DNA of 46,864 nucleotides, from positions 1 through 46,864 of the forward strand of contig JAICKN010000001.1 in NCBI GenBank assembly GCA_025927855.1. The letters are read 5' to 3'. The notes under the pieces were generated by a model. It was not told the DNA's origin. It saw nothing but the letters and a program-made list of their open reading frames with translations, and searched no databases. Source of the stretch: Terriglobales bacterium. GTDB lineage: Bacteria > Acidobacteriota > Terriglobia > Terriglobales > Acidobacteriaceae. Shown here one piece after another: positions 35,827-44,160 of this stretch (within the stretch, counting starts at the first letter, position 1; each line of letters opens with the position of its first letter). Both the position numbers and the translations under genes were made by a program.

Positions 35827-35855
35827 ATTTTGATGCTGTCTGGAGGCAGTGTCAA
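35827..35855 (-). promoter_or_regulatory. Sigma-70-like promoter for the cold-shock gene
   Basis: On the minus strand, TTGACA-N17-CAAAAT. The ~45-nt leader contains the hairpin GCACGG-(15)-CCGTGC next to a GGGGG SD. Confidence 0.45.
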
Positions 35856-35882
35856 GAGAGGTTAGGGCATAAAAAGTTGAAT

Positions 35883-36458
35883 TTATGGGCCCTTTCGGGA
35901 TTTCTGCTTTTGTGCCAGCCAGAGAACTCCCGAAATGGTTTTCGCGTCGCGGATGGTTCCATCCATTACCATCTGAATTGCCGTCTTGAGCGGCACGAAG
36001 CGCACTGTAATCACTTCATCATCTTCCGGTTGGGCTGTTCCGGCCTGCAAACCTTCGGCAAGAAATATAGACATGGCCTCCGCCACAAAACCAGGGCTGG
36101 CCCAGAACCTTATGATCCGTTTCCAGCGCCGGGCAGCATAGCCGGTTTCTTCCAGCAACTCGCGTTTGGCAGCGGCCAGTTCCCTTTCTCCCTCATCAAT
36201 GCGCCCCGCCGGCAGCTCCCAAAGGTAGCGCTCCGCGGAGTGCCGGTACTGCCGCTCCAGGAGAACGTAGGGGCCATTCGCGCGTTCATCCACCGCCAGC
36301 ACCACGACCGATCCTGTGTGGCGGACAATGTCCCGGCGGGCGCGCACGCCCGAAGGTTCCTGTACTTGGTCGGTCGTGACCCAGAAGGCTGGGCCGCGGT
36401 AAACAACTTTCGAAGAGAGCACGCGTGCTTTGCTTTTTTTGCGCGAAGACTTAGGCAT
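35883..36458 (-). CDS. NUDIX hydrolase (ADP-ribose pyrophosphatase-like)
   Basis: Nudix box GRIDEGERELAAAKRELLEETG. I prefer ATG 36458 (MPKSSRKKSK...); the ORF-track start at 36530 adds a Cys-rich extension. Confidence 0.85.
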   Translation of the reverse strand: MPKSSRKKSKARVLSSKVVYRGPAFWVTTDQVQEPSGVRARRDIVRHTGSVVVLAVDERANGPYVLLERQYRHSAERYLWELPAGRIDEGERELAAAKRELLEETGYAARRWKRIIRFWASPGFVAEAMSIFLAEGLQAGTAQPEDDEVITVRFVPLKTAIQMVMDGTIRDAKTISGVLWLAQKQKSRKGP

Positions 36459-36566
36459 GCAATAACTATAACCAGAGAGACAGCAAAGGTGGAGTGCATT
36501 GCTGAATCCCCGAGAGGGGAAGCAACTCACCTCCCAAATCGCTTCTCTAAATATAGGGAGGCTTTC

Positions 36567-36989
36567 ATGAAAACCGCTCTCATGTTTGGAGTTCTATTCT
36601 GTTCGTCTTTGTTCCTTCTGCCAATGACGTTTGCTCAGTCTGCGCCCTCTGCCCCGAATGGTCAGAGCCAAGCCAACCCAGGCCAGACCACCATTGTTGG
36701 CTGCCTCTCTCAAACCGGAAACACCTACACGCTGATTGACACCCGTGGCCGCGTCTACGATCTCACCGGGGACAGCGCATTGTTAGCTCCTTATGAAGGA
36801 GCCAAGATTGAAGTTTCCGGAGTCTTTGCCAATGCCGCGCCGCAGGCAAGCAGCCCCTCCTCAGTCCCCGGATCAACAGCCTATTCCGGGACGGCAAATA
36901 CTGGCGCAGGGATTTCCGAGCAGGGACATGGAAGCTTTTCCGTCATTGGCGTGACCAAAGCTGCGGATACGTGCAGCATGCATAACTAG
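36567..36989 (+). CDS. Small secreted hypothetical protein
   Basis: ATG 36567 is preceded by AGGGAGG. Signal peptide MKTALMFGVLFCSSLFLLPMTFAQS. It is the in-frame 3' part of the 417-codon track ORF, whose 5' part is antisense to the NUDIX gene. Confidence 0.7.
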   Translation: MKTALMFGVLFCSSLFLLPMTFAQSAPSAPNGQSQANPGQTTIVGCLSQTGNTYTLIDTRGRVYDLTGDSALLAPYEGAKIEVSGVFANAAPQASSPSSVPGSTAYSGTANTGAGISEQGHGSFSVIGVTKAADTCSMHN

Positions 36990-37031
36990 AGATCATTGGG
37001 CACAGCTGATAGCGGTAGGGGCTGTCAGTAT

Positions 37032-37066
37032 TAGCTTCTAGCATTTAGCATTTAGCTTCTAGCTTC
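37032..37066. repeat. Five tandem 7-bp units (TAGCTTC TAGCATT TAGCATT TAGCTTC TAGCTTC)
   Basis: Read directly from the sequence. It lies in the 310-bp spacer upstream of the ypdA-like gene. Confidence 0.9.
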
Positions 37067-37269
37067 CGCATTCCCGGGGAGGACTCGACTTTTCAGTACC
37101 GTATGACCCAAGCCACAGCACGCCTCAGCCACTGAGGTTCGCCTTCTCTGGATTTTTCTCCCGTATAGATTCGTTCAGGGCTCAACACCGTTCAATGAAG
37201 AACTGATAGCGGCAAAGGTAATGCTGTGCGCTTCCAGTGTTGTGCTGTTCCAGCCTTCCTCTGACCGCA

Positions 37270-37278
37270 TGTTAAAAT
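37270..37278 (+). promoter_or_regulatory. Extended -10 promoter candidate (TGTTAAAAT)
   Basis: TGn-TAAAAT lies 22 nt upstream of GTG 37300. No good -35 element. Confidence 0.3.
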
Positions 37279-37299
37279 CACAATCTTCAATACCAGTCT

Positions 37300-38382
37300 G
37301 TGCCTTCACATCGCCGGGCTGCCAGAGCGGGACATTTGCTCACAAAGTCCATTCCGGATGCGTTGCCCCGCGCTCAGGTCGAGTGCGAGCCTGGAACCTT
37401 GTTCGATGCCATTGTCATCGGCGCTGGCCCCACCGGTTTGGCCTGCGGCATTGAAGCCCTTCGCGCGGGTTTTAAAGTGCTGGTCATTGATAAGGGATGC
37501 GTCGTCAATTCCCTCTTTCACTATCCCGCGAACATGTCGTTTTTCACCACGCCGGAGCTACTGGAAATCGGCGACATTCCCTTCAGCACCGCGCACCAGA
37601 AACCCACGCGCGAGGAAGCCCTCGAATATTACCGGCTGGTCGCGCAGCACTACCAGCTTCCCATCTGCCAATATCAGGGAGTTAAAACCGTGGTGGGCAA
37701 GGACGGAGATTTTCACCTTACTACCGTGGACCGTCTGGAGCGGATTTACGATTACCGCACGCGCAAGCTGATCGTGGCCACCGGCTATTACGATCTGGCC
37801 AATCAGTTGGGTGTTCCCGGGGAGGACTTGCCCAAAGTTTTTCATTATTACCGCGAGCCGCATCCGTTTTATGACAACGATGTAGTCGTCATCGGCGGTA
37901 AAAATTCCGCCGCTATTTCCGCGCTCGATTTATGGCGCCATGGGGCGAGAGTCACGCTGGTGCACCGCGGCCCCAAAATGCACAATCATGTGAAGTACTG
38001 GATCCTGCCGGACATTGAGAACCGCATTAAGAAAGGCGAGATCGCGGCCTACTTCAATAGTACGGTGCGGGAAATCCTCCCCGACCACGTTGTGGTGAAA
38101 ACCGGGGCGGGCGAAATCAATATCAAGAATGATTTCGTTTTTGCCCTCACGGGTTACCATCCTGATTACGATTTTCTCCGTTCCATGGGAATTGAACTTT
38201 CACCCATGGAATGCCGTCCGGTTTGCGACCCGGAAACGCTCGAAAGCAATGTTCCCGGAATTTACGTTGCCGGGGTCATTGTCGCCGGCTCGCGCACTAA
38301 TGAGATTTTTATTGAAAACGGGCGCTTTCACGGAAAACAGATTGTGGCAGACCTGCAGCGAAAACTAAATCCTTCCAAATGA
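37300..38382 (+). CDS. ypdA: YpdA-family FAD-dependent disulfide reductase (putative bacillithiol-disulfide reductase type)
   Basis: Close by-eye parallel to B. subtilis YpdA: IVIGAGPTGL, NSLFHYPANMSFFTTPELLEIGDIPF, ATGYYD, VPGEDLPKVFHYY, VVVIGGKNSA, KNDFVFALTGYHPD, NEIFIENGRFHG. The start may lie downstream (TTG before FDAIVIG). Confidence 0.85.
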   Translation: MPSHRRAARAGHLLTKSIPDALPRAQVECEPGTLFDAIVIGAGPTGLACGIEALRAGFKVLVIDKGCVVNSLFHYPANMSFFTTPELLEIGDIPFSTAHQKPTREEALEYYRLVAQHYQLPICQYQGVKTVVGKDGDFHLTTVDRLERIYDYRTRKLIVATGYYDLANQLGVPGEDLPKVFHYYREPHPFYDNDVVVIGGKNSAAISALDLWRHGARVTLVHRGPKMHNHVKYWILPDIENRIKKGEIAAYFNSTVREILPDHVVVKTGAGEINIKNDFVFALTGYHPDYDFLRSMGIELSPMECRPVCDPETLESNVPGIYVAGVIVAGSRTNEIFIENGRFHGKQIVADLQRKLNPSK

Positions 38383-38453
38383 AAGACCTGTCCGGCGGAC
38401 GCAACTCCTAGGCAAGTGTTGGGTTTATAGGAGTAGCGAGAACCGGAGGAAAG

Positions 38454-39065
38454 TTGAAGAGACCGCGATTTTTTCCAGGCAAAAATTATTCATCTTTTGC
38501 AGGCTTAGTTTTTGCAAGCTTCATTTTCATCTGCATCGCAGCGCAGCCTAGCCATGGTCAGGGCAAAGTCCTGAGCCCTTATCCGGGAGAAAGTGATGGC
38601 GTGAGCGCCGGAGGCAATTGGATCGTATTTCATGCGGAAGACAAGATGACCGGCGCCAAGAAAGTCCGCTTTGAGCTGTTAGCCAACAATTACCTGAGCC
38701 AAAATCCAGACTACAAGCCGCGTATCGAATTGGTCTGCACCGACAAAAAATACACTTCTGCCGAATTTAATCCCGGAATCCGGCTGGGACCTCCCAACCG
38801 CCCCGGGTTCTGGGGCCAGCCGCAAATGGAAGTGGAAGTCCGCGCGGATGACTCCCACAGCTTCCATGGCTGGAACTGGGAGCGGGACAGTTTTCTCTCC
38901 ATGGACAAAGGCACCGTCCGGGAGTTGATCGGCGCGCGCATCTTCAATGTAAAAATCAACGGCCGCCGCAGAAGCGAAATTGCAGAATTCTCCCCCGTGG
39001 GCCTGGATCTTTCGCTGGTCAAACAATCCTGCGATTTGACTCCGAAAAAGACCAGCAAAAATTAA
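38454..39065 (+). CDS. Secreted hypothetical protein
   Basis: 203 codons with a TTG start and an N-terminal hydrophobic signal-like segment (FAGLVFASFIFICIAAQPSHG). No family recognised. Confidence 0.6.
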   Translation: MKRPRFFPGKNYSSFAGLVFASFIFICIAAQPSHGQGKVLSPYPGESDGVSAGGNWIVFHAEDKMTGAKKVRFELLANNYLSQNPDYKPRIELVCTDKKYTSAEFNPGIRLGPPNRPGFWGQPQMEVEVRADDSHSFHGWNWERDSFLSMDKGTVRELIGARIFNVKINGRRRSEIAEFSPVGLDLSLVKQSCDLTPKKTSKN

Positions 39066-39266
39066 TCGCCCGCTGGCACCAATTTTCAAATGAGAAAAGG
39101 CGCGAGAGGAATTTGGGCCGTCGCTCTGAATTGTTAAAGTTCCGCCCGGCTGTTCCAGCTGCTTATTTTCCCCATTCACCTGCCGCAAGTTGCCAAGTCG
39201 TAGGCAAATACGAGAACATATCCGTTTGCATTCACATCGGAAATTTTAATAGGGGAACTGCATAGA

Positions 39267-40622
39267 ATGGCGAAGCAGCGGAAGGACACTCCTGAAACGG
39301 GCAAGCAGTCCAGCGATATTCAACCAGCCAAAGGCAAGCTCGGCATTATGATTCCGGGCATGGGCGCGGTGGCCACAACATTTGTGGCCGGCGTCGAGGC
39401 CGTGCGCAAAGGCTTGGCAAAACCCATTGGCTCGCTCACGCAAATGGGGACCATCCGCTTGGGCAAGCGGACAGACTCGCGCTCGCCGAAAATTAAAGAG
39501 TTCGTGCCGCTCGCCGGCCTGAACGACCTGGTATTCACCGGCTGGGATTTATTTGAAGACGATATGTACACGGCCGCATCGAAGGCGGGCGTGCTCGAAC
39601 GCGAGCTGCTCAACAACATCAAGCCCTTTCTCAGCTCCATCAAACCGCGCAAGGCTGTCTTTGACCGCAACTACGTAAAGAAGCTCGACGGCACGCATGT
39701 GAAAAAAGGCAAGAACAAGATGGAGCTTGCCGAAAAAGTGCGCGACGACATTAAAGAATTTAAGAAGAGTTCTGGCGCCAGCCGGCTTATTACCATTTGG
39801 TGCGGGTCCACGGAAATCTTCCTTCAGCCTACCGCGGCCCACCAGTCTTTGAAGGCATTTGAAAAAGCGCTGCAACAAAATGACGAGGCCATTGCGCCCT
39901 CTATGATCTACGCATACGCCTCACTCATGGAGGGAGTGCCTTTCGCCAATGGCGCGCCCAACCTTACCGTTGATCTTCCGGTTATGCGCGAGCTTTCCCG
40001 CCAAAATGAAGCGCCAATCTGCGGCAAGGATTTCAAAACTGGCCAGACCCTGATGAAAACAATCCTGGCACCCGGATTTAAGGCCCGCCTTATCGGCCTG
40101 CATGGCTGGTTCTCCACCAATATCCTCGGCAACCGTGACGGCGAAGTTCTCGATGACCCTGGGTCATTTAAGACCAAGGAGGAATCCAAGCTCTCCGTAC
40201 TGGAGCACATTTTGCAGCCGGAGCTCTACCCCGACCTCTACGGAAAATTCAGCCACAAGGTGCGCATTAACTATTACCCGCCGCGCGGTGATAATAAAGA
40301 AGGCTGGGACAACATTGATATCTTCGGCTGGCTCGGCTATCCCATGCAGATCAAGGTGGACTTCCTGTGCCGCGATTCCATTCTGGCCGCGCCCATCGTT
40401 CTCGATCTCGTGCTCTTCCTCGACTTGGCGCGCAGAACGCCGGAGCTACGCGGCATCGGCATCCAGGAATGGCTCAGTTTCTACTTTAAGTCGCCCATGT
40501 CCGCACCGGGACTTTATCCCGAGCACGATTTATTCATCCAGCTCATGAAGCTGAAGAACACCCTGCGCCACCTGCGTGGAGAACAACTCATTACGCATCT
40601 CGGGTTGGAATATTACGACTGA
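39267..40622 (+). CDS. ino1: Inositol-3-phosphate synthase (myo-inositol-1-phosphate synthase)
   Basis: Tracks archaeal/bacterial MIPS: N-terminal Rossmann GIMIPGMGAVATTFVAG, then SMIYAYASLMEGVPFANGAPN, GKDFKTGQTLMKTILAP, NILGNRDG, LAAPIVLDLV and FYFKSPM. Confidence 0.88.
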   Translation: MAKQRKDTPETGKQSSDIQPAKGKLGIMIPGMGAVATTFVAGVEAVRKGLAKPIGSLTQMGTIRLGKRTDSRSPKIKEFVPLAGLNDLVFTGWDLFEDDMYTAASKAGVLERELLNNIKPFLSSIKPRKAVFDRNYVKKLDGTHVKKGKNKMELAEKVRDDIKEFKKSSGASRLITIWCGSTEIFLQPTAAHQSLKAFEKALQQNDEAIAPSMIYAYASLMEGVPFANGAPNLTVDLPVMRELSRQNEAPICGKDFKTGQTLMKTILAPGFKARLIGLHGWFSTNILGNRDGEVLDDPGSFKTKEESKLSVLEHILQPELYPDLYGKFSHKVRINYYPPRGDNKEGWDNIDIFGWLGYPMQIKVDFLCRDSILAAPIVLDLVLFLDLARRTPELRGIGIQEWLSFYFKSPMSAPGLYPEHDLFIQLMKLKNTLRHLRGEQLITHLGLEYYD

Positions 40623-40655
40623 GGCGGAGGACGGGCAGAAAATATATAACGATAA

Positions 40656-40693
40656 ATGGCTGTGCGGAATCTTCCGGCACAGCCATAATTTTT
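40656..40693. terminator. Bidirectional terminator hairpin between ino1 and the convergent DUF2911-like gene
   Basis: ATGGCTGTGC ... GCACAGCCAT (10-bp outer stem with inner GGAA/TTCC), followed by AATTTTT on the plus strand and a T-rich tract on the minus strand. Confidence 0.7.
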
Positions 40694-40698
40694 GCGTC

Positions 40699-41211
40699 TT
40701 ACTGTTGCGTAATGTTTACGGTGCTTCTCACCTTGCCATAATCCACCCGCATCACGCAGACCTTGGGCTGAACGTGGCCAAAGTAAATGAGCAGTTTGTC
40801 CTGTGTGTAGCCGAGCTTTTCCGTAGGCATGTTGTCCCGCGCCAGGTCTTCCTGCTCATTGTAAGGAGCGCCCTTGGTTACGTTCTTATTGACGACCAGG
40901 GTCCACGCCGCACGTCCGGGAATAAAGTACATGGCAAATGCGCCAATCGGAATATTTTTGCCGCCAATAATCAGCGGCGTCTCTGTGAATAGGTCCATGC
41001 GCGTACCGCCCGGCATCCACAGTTTTCCTTCCGTAGCTTCTTCTTTTTTGACTTGCGGCTGGTTGTAACGCACGCTTACCTGCCTGCCATCGGCATAGGT
41101 GCAATAGGCGAACCCCGTCATGGAAGATTCTCCCTGCGACGCCGTTTGCGCCCAGCTTGCTGCGGAAAAAACCAGGACTGCCGTGAACATCCCCAATGTC
41201 AACCAACGCAT
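40699..41211 (-). CDS. Secreted DUF2911-like protein
   Basis: Signal peptide MRWLTLGMFTAVLVFSAASWAQ. The core GGKNIPIGAFAMYFIPGRAAWTLVVNKN resembles the DUF2911 pattern. Family call is tentative. Confidence 0.6.
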   Translation of the reverse strand: MRWLTLGMFTAVLVFSAASWAQTASQGESSMTGFAYCTYADGRQVSVRYNQPQVKKEEATEGKLWMPGGTRMDLFTETPLIIGGKNIPIGAFAMYFIPGRAAWTLVVNKNVTKGAPYNEQEDLARDNMPTEKLGYTQDKLLIYFGHVQPKVCVMRVDYGKVRSTVNITQQ

Positions 41212-41341
41212 GATTGCCCCCAGAACAATAGCGATTTAGAAATGTGTTGAAAATGCACAGACATGGTACGACCGCGAGCGGAGCTGTTGCAAGGCGCTCC
41301 GCGAATGGCACGTAAAACTTTTACTTATTTTCTCGGGAGAG

Positions 41342-42745
41342 TTAGTCCAGTTGCCTCGCGGCAACGGTTGTATCGTTGCGTCCGAATAAATAACGCAACT
41401 GCCATCGGCGCAATGTATTTGCGGACTGGCCCCCGGCAGGCGCAAACTTCCAGTTTCGCGAAGCTTCCAGGGCGAGCCGCGCGAAATACCGGCTCGGGCC
41501 GGGAGAATCCAGCGATGCTTGCCGCACATTCCCATCAGAGTCCACATTCACATTCACGCTCACGTGAACTCTGCCATGGATCGTCCTGCGCGCGCTGGCG
41601 GGCACCGGAGGAAGAAACCTGCTGACCACGCCGGCCTGGCCGCGTGCCGCGCTGCCACCTCCAGTGCGGCCCTCCGGTGGCGCAGATTCAGCAACAGTCT
41701 TTGCCGCTGGATTTCCGGGCGTGGAAGAGGCGGAAGAAGGCGAAGGCGCATCGGTCCTCTGTGGCCCGTTCTCTTCCAAATCCGCCGGATGCGCCTGGGA
41801 GAGATTGAGCGTTGAATCCGCTCCGCCTCGGTGCATAACCGCATAGCCGATGAGGGCTGCCGCCACAATAAGAATTACAAACGCCGCCGTGTAGCGCATG
41901 GTTGCGAATTTCTTACGGGGCCCTGTTTTTTCTGCGGCAGCATCTCTCGCCGATGCCGATTTCGAATCCCCATCTCCAGTGAGTTGCTTCGAGATTTCGC
42001 TCAACCTCCACCGCCGCTGTGGATCGTAGCTGAGGCAGCGGGGAACAATAACATCAAAGGGCGGAGGTAAAGGCTTGGACAATCGTGGGTCTTCGTGCCC
42101 CGACAATTTCCACGCGGGCAGGGATTGCGTGAGCGTCTCGGTCAAAGTGACGCCAAGCGCCCATATATCGTTCGACGGAGCGGCGGTTCCGTTTACAGCT
42201 TCGGGAGCGATGTACAGGCTTTGCTTTGATCCGAACACCTGGTCCCCGGCACGGCAGATTCCATCGCTTGCAAGCTTCAGATGGTCTCCGGCGGCCAAAA
42301 TATTGGCTGGCTTCAGATGTCCATGGACCAGGCCTTTGCCGTGCAAGAACATAAGAGCTTCCACGATAGGGCCAGCCATTTCAGAAACTTCGGTGGCGCT
42401 GAGCGGGCGTTGCGGAAGAATTTCCGAAAGGCTCTCTTCCGCGTATTCCATCACGATGAAAATCAGCGCCTGCCCGGGCAGCTGGCATCGGCCGAAGCTG
42501 AAGACCTTCAGCAATAGCGGGTGCGAAATGTCCGCGGCGATTTTCCAACGCGCAAGCTGAAGAGCGGCGTCGGTAGAAGATTCCCGCAGAAGTTTTATGG
42601 CAAACTTGGCGTCCCGTTCGCTATTTCCCCCAATTCTCTCTGCGAGAAAGACCGCCCCACTCTCGCCCGATCCCAATACGCGCAGCAGGCGGAATTCATC
42701 GTTGACGGCTTGCCCTTCACACTGTTTCCAGAAATCGCTCATCAA
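41342..42745 (-). CDS. Membrane-anchored Ser/Thr-kinase-fold protein (predicted pseudokinase) fused to a TonB C-terminal-like domain
   Basis: Kinase fold: GSGESG, AIK, APE, DIWALG. The HRD motif is replaced by HGH and DFG by SDG. One TM helix (AAFVILIVAAALIGYAV), a Pro/Ser-rich linker, and a C-terminal TonB_C-like module (IHGRVHVSVNVNVDSDGNV...NWKFAPA). Confidence 0.85.
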   Translation of the reverse strand: MMSDFWKQCEGQAVNDEFRLLRVLGSGESGAVFLAERIGGNSERDAKFAIKLLRESSTDAALQLARWKIAADISHPLLLKVFSFGRCQLPGQALIFIVMEYAEESLSEILPQRPLSATEVSEMAGPIVEALMFLHGKGLVHGHLKPANILAAGDHLKLASDGICRAGDQVFGSKQSLYIAPEAVNGTAAPSNDIWALGVTLTETLTQSLPAWKLSGHEDPRLSKPLPPPFDVIVPRCLSYDPQRRWRLSEISKQLTGDGDSKSASARDAAAEKTGPRKKFATMRYTAAFVILIVAAALIGYAVMHRGGADSTLNLSQAHPADLEENGPQRTDAPSPSSASSTPGNPAAKTVAESAPPEGRTGGGSAARGQAGVVSRFLPPVPASARRTIHGRVHVSVNVNVDSDGNVRQASLDSPGPSRYFARLALEASRNWKFAPAGGQSANTLRRWQLRYLFGRNDTTVAARQLD

Positions 42746-42972
42746 AATCTCATTTTCGACGAAAAGGTAGAACTTTCCCTGACATCTCCCTGACAGAAGA
42801 ATCAGCCGCTATTCTAATCTCCATCGCCCTGTTCATTTCACGCAGGAAGGGCATTCCACATATAAAATTCGGTACATTGTCCGAATTCCATCCGATTGCC
42901 ATCCGCATCCTTGACCCAGCGCCTTGACCCAAGCCATACCGGAAGAATAAAGTTGGAGGGCGGTGGACGAGA

Positions 42973-43458
42973 ATGTCTCCTACTACGAGCAAATACATTA
43001 AGTTTGGTTCCGCGACCCTGGTGATCGTTTTTTCTTTGGGCTATCTCGCTTACACCGGCGTGCAGGACAGTAAGAGTTACTACGTCACGATTCAGGAGCT
43101 GCGCGCCATGGGCGCGAGCGCGCATACCAGGCGCCTTCGCGTAGCCGGAAATGTCGAACCCGGCTCCATTCACCGCAGCGGCCTCGAATTGCAGTTCGTA
43201 TTGCTCGAAAACGGACAAAGATTGCCGGTTGCCTACACCGGCGCGGACGCGCCACCAGATACATTCAAGGACAACTCCCAGGCGCTCGCCTCGGGCAGCC
43301 TGGGTACAGATGGCGTTTTTCATGCCAGTGAGCTTCAGGCAAAGTGTGCTTCGAAATATGCGCCAGCGCAACCGGGAAGCGCCCCAGGCGGTGCGTCAAG
43401 TGCGCCCGCGAAAAGCATGAGCGCGATTACGAACGGCAGCCCGGCAATGGCAAATTGA
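42973..43458 (+). CDS. ccmE: Cytochrome c maturation heme chaperone CcmE, Cys (CxxxY) variant
   Basis: N-terminal TM anchor and an OB-fold core (RLRVAGNVEPGSI). The C-terminal motif is LQAKCASKY where canonical CcmE has LAKHDEKY. Confidence 0.85.
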   Translation: MSPTTSKYIKFGSATLVIVFSLGYLAYTGVQDSKSYYVTIQELRAMGASAHTRRLRVAGNVEPGSIHRSGLELQFVLLENGQRLPVAYTGADAPPDTFKDNSQALASGSLGTDGVFHASELQAKCASKYAPAQPGSAPGGASSAPAKSMSAITNGSPAMAN

Positions 43459-43473
43459 AACTCTCCACTTCTG

Positions 43474-44160
43474 ATGGAAGCCGCACACCTCAACAGTTCC
43501 GCCGAATCCATTATCACGGTCCAAGGGCTTATTAAGCAGTTTGGCCGTTTTGCAGCCTTGCGCGGCATTGATGCGGAGTTCGCGCCCGGCAAACTTTATG
43601 CCGTCCTCGGCGACAATGGCGCCGGCAAGACTAGCTTACTTCGGACTCTCGCCGGTTTGTCACAGCCAACACGCGGGAACGTCACCGTCTTCGGCAGTAG
43701 CGATTCTTCTTCTATTCGTCATCACATCGGTTACATGGCTCATCCTTCGCTGCTTTATGACGAGATGAGCGGAATGGAAAACCTCCGCTTTTTCGCGCAG
43801 CTTTATGGGATTCAAGAGGAAGGCCCCTGTGTCAGGGCCATGGAGATTGTACATCTCGACCCGAACTTGAGCCGTCCCGCCGGACAATATTCCCAGGGAA
43901 TGCGCCAGCGCTTATCTCTGGCGCGCGCGCTGGTGCACGGTCCCGAACTTCTGCTGCTCGACGAACCCTTCTCTAATGTAGACGCACGCTCGGCGCAGGA
44001 GATGGTCCGCCTGCTCGCGGGATTGCGCGATGCTGGGAAAACGATTTTTGTCGTTACCCATCAAGCGGCGTTGCTGGAAAAAGCGGCAGATGAACTTCTC
44101 TACATGGAAGTGGGCAGGATTACTCGGCGCGCGCAAAACTACACTGAGGCAACCGTATGA
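43474..44160 (+). CDS. ccmA: Heme exporter ATP-binding protein CcmA
   Basis: Walker A GDNGAGKTS, ABC signature YSQGMRQRLSLA and Walker B LLLLDEP. First gene of a run of overlapping ccm genes. Confidence 0.88.
   Translation: MEAAHLNSSAESIITVQGLIKQFGRFAALRGIDAEFAPGKLYAVLGDNGAGKTSLLRTLAGLSQPTRGNVTVFGSSDSSSIRHHIGYMAHPSLLYDEMSGMENLRFFAQLYGIQEEGPCVRAMEIVHLDPNLSRPAGQYSQGMRQRLSLARALVHGPELLLLDEPFSNVDARSAQEMVRLLAGLRDAGKTIFVVTHQAALLEKAADELLYMEVGRITRRAQNYTEATV

Noticed and set aside
35736-36566. The 5' two-thirds of the 417-codon plus-strand ORF 35736-36989.
   Set aside because: This part is antisense to the cold-shock gene and the NUDIX gene (clear Nudix box) and has a Cys/His/Arg-rich, non-protein-like composition. 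Only the in-frame 3' part from ATG 36567 is credible, having an AGGGAGG SD and a signal peptide.
37032-37066. Tandem repeats (the 7-bp tract here and the 15-bp tract at 45744-45844) as possible CRISPR arrays.
   Set aside because: The units are directly adjacent with no spacers and are far shorter than CRISPR repeats. There are no cas genes in the window.
41278-41302. Hairpin GCGGAGC-(11 nt)-GCTCCGC downstream of the kinase-like gene, as a possible terminator.
   Set aside because: No U-tract follows on the relevant (minus) strand. I noted it but did not annotate it as a terminator.
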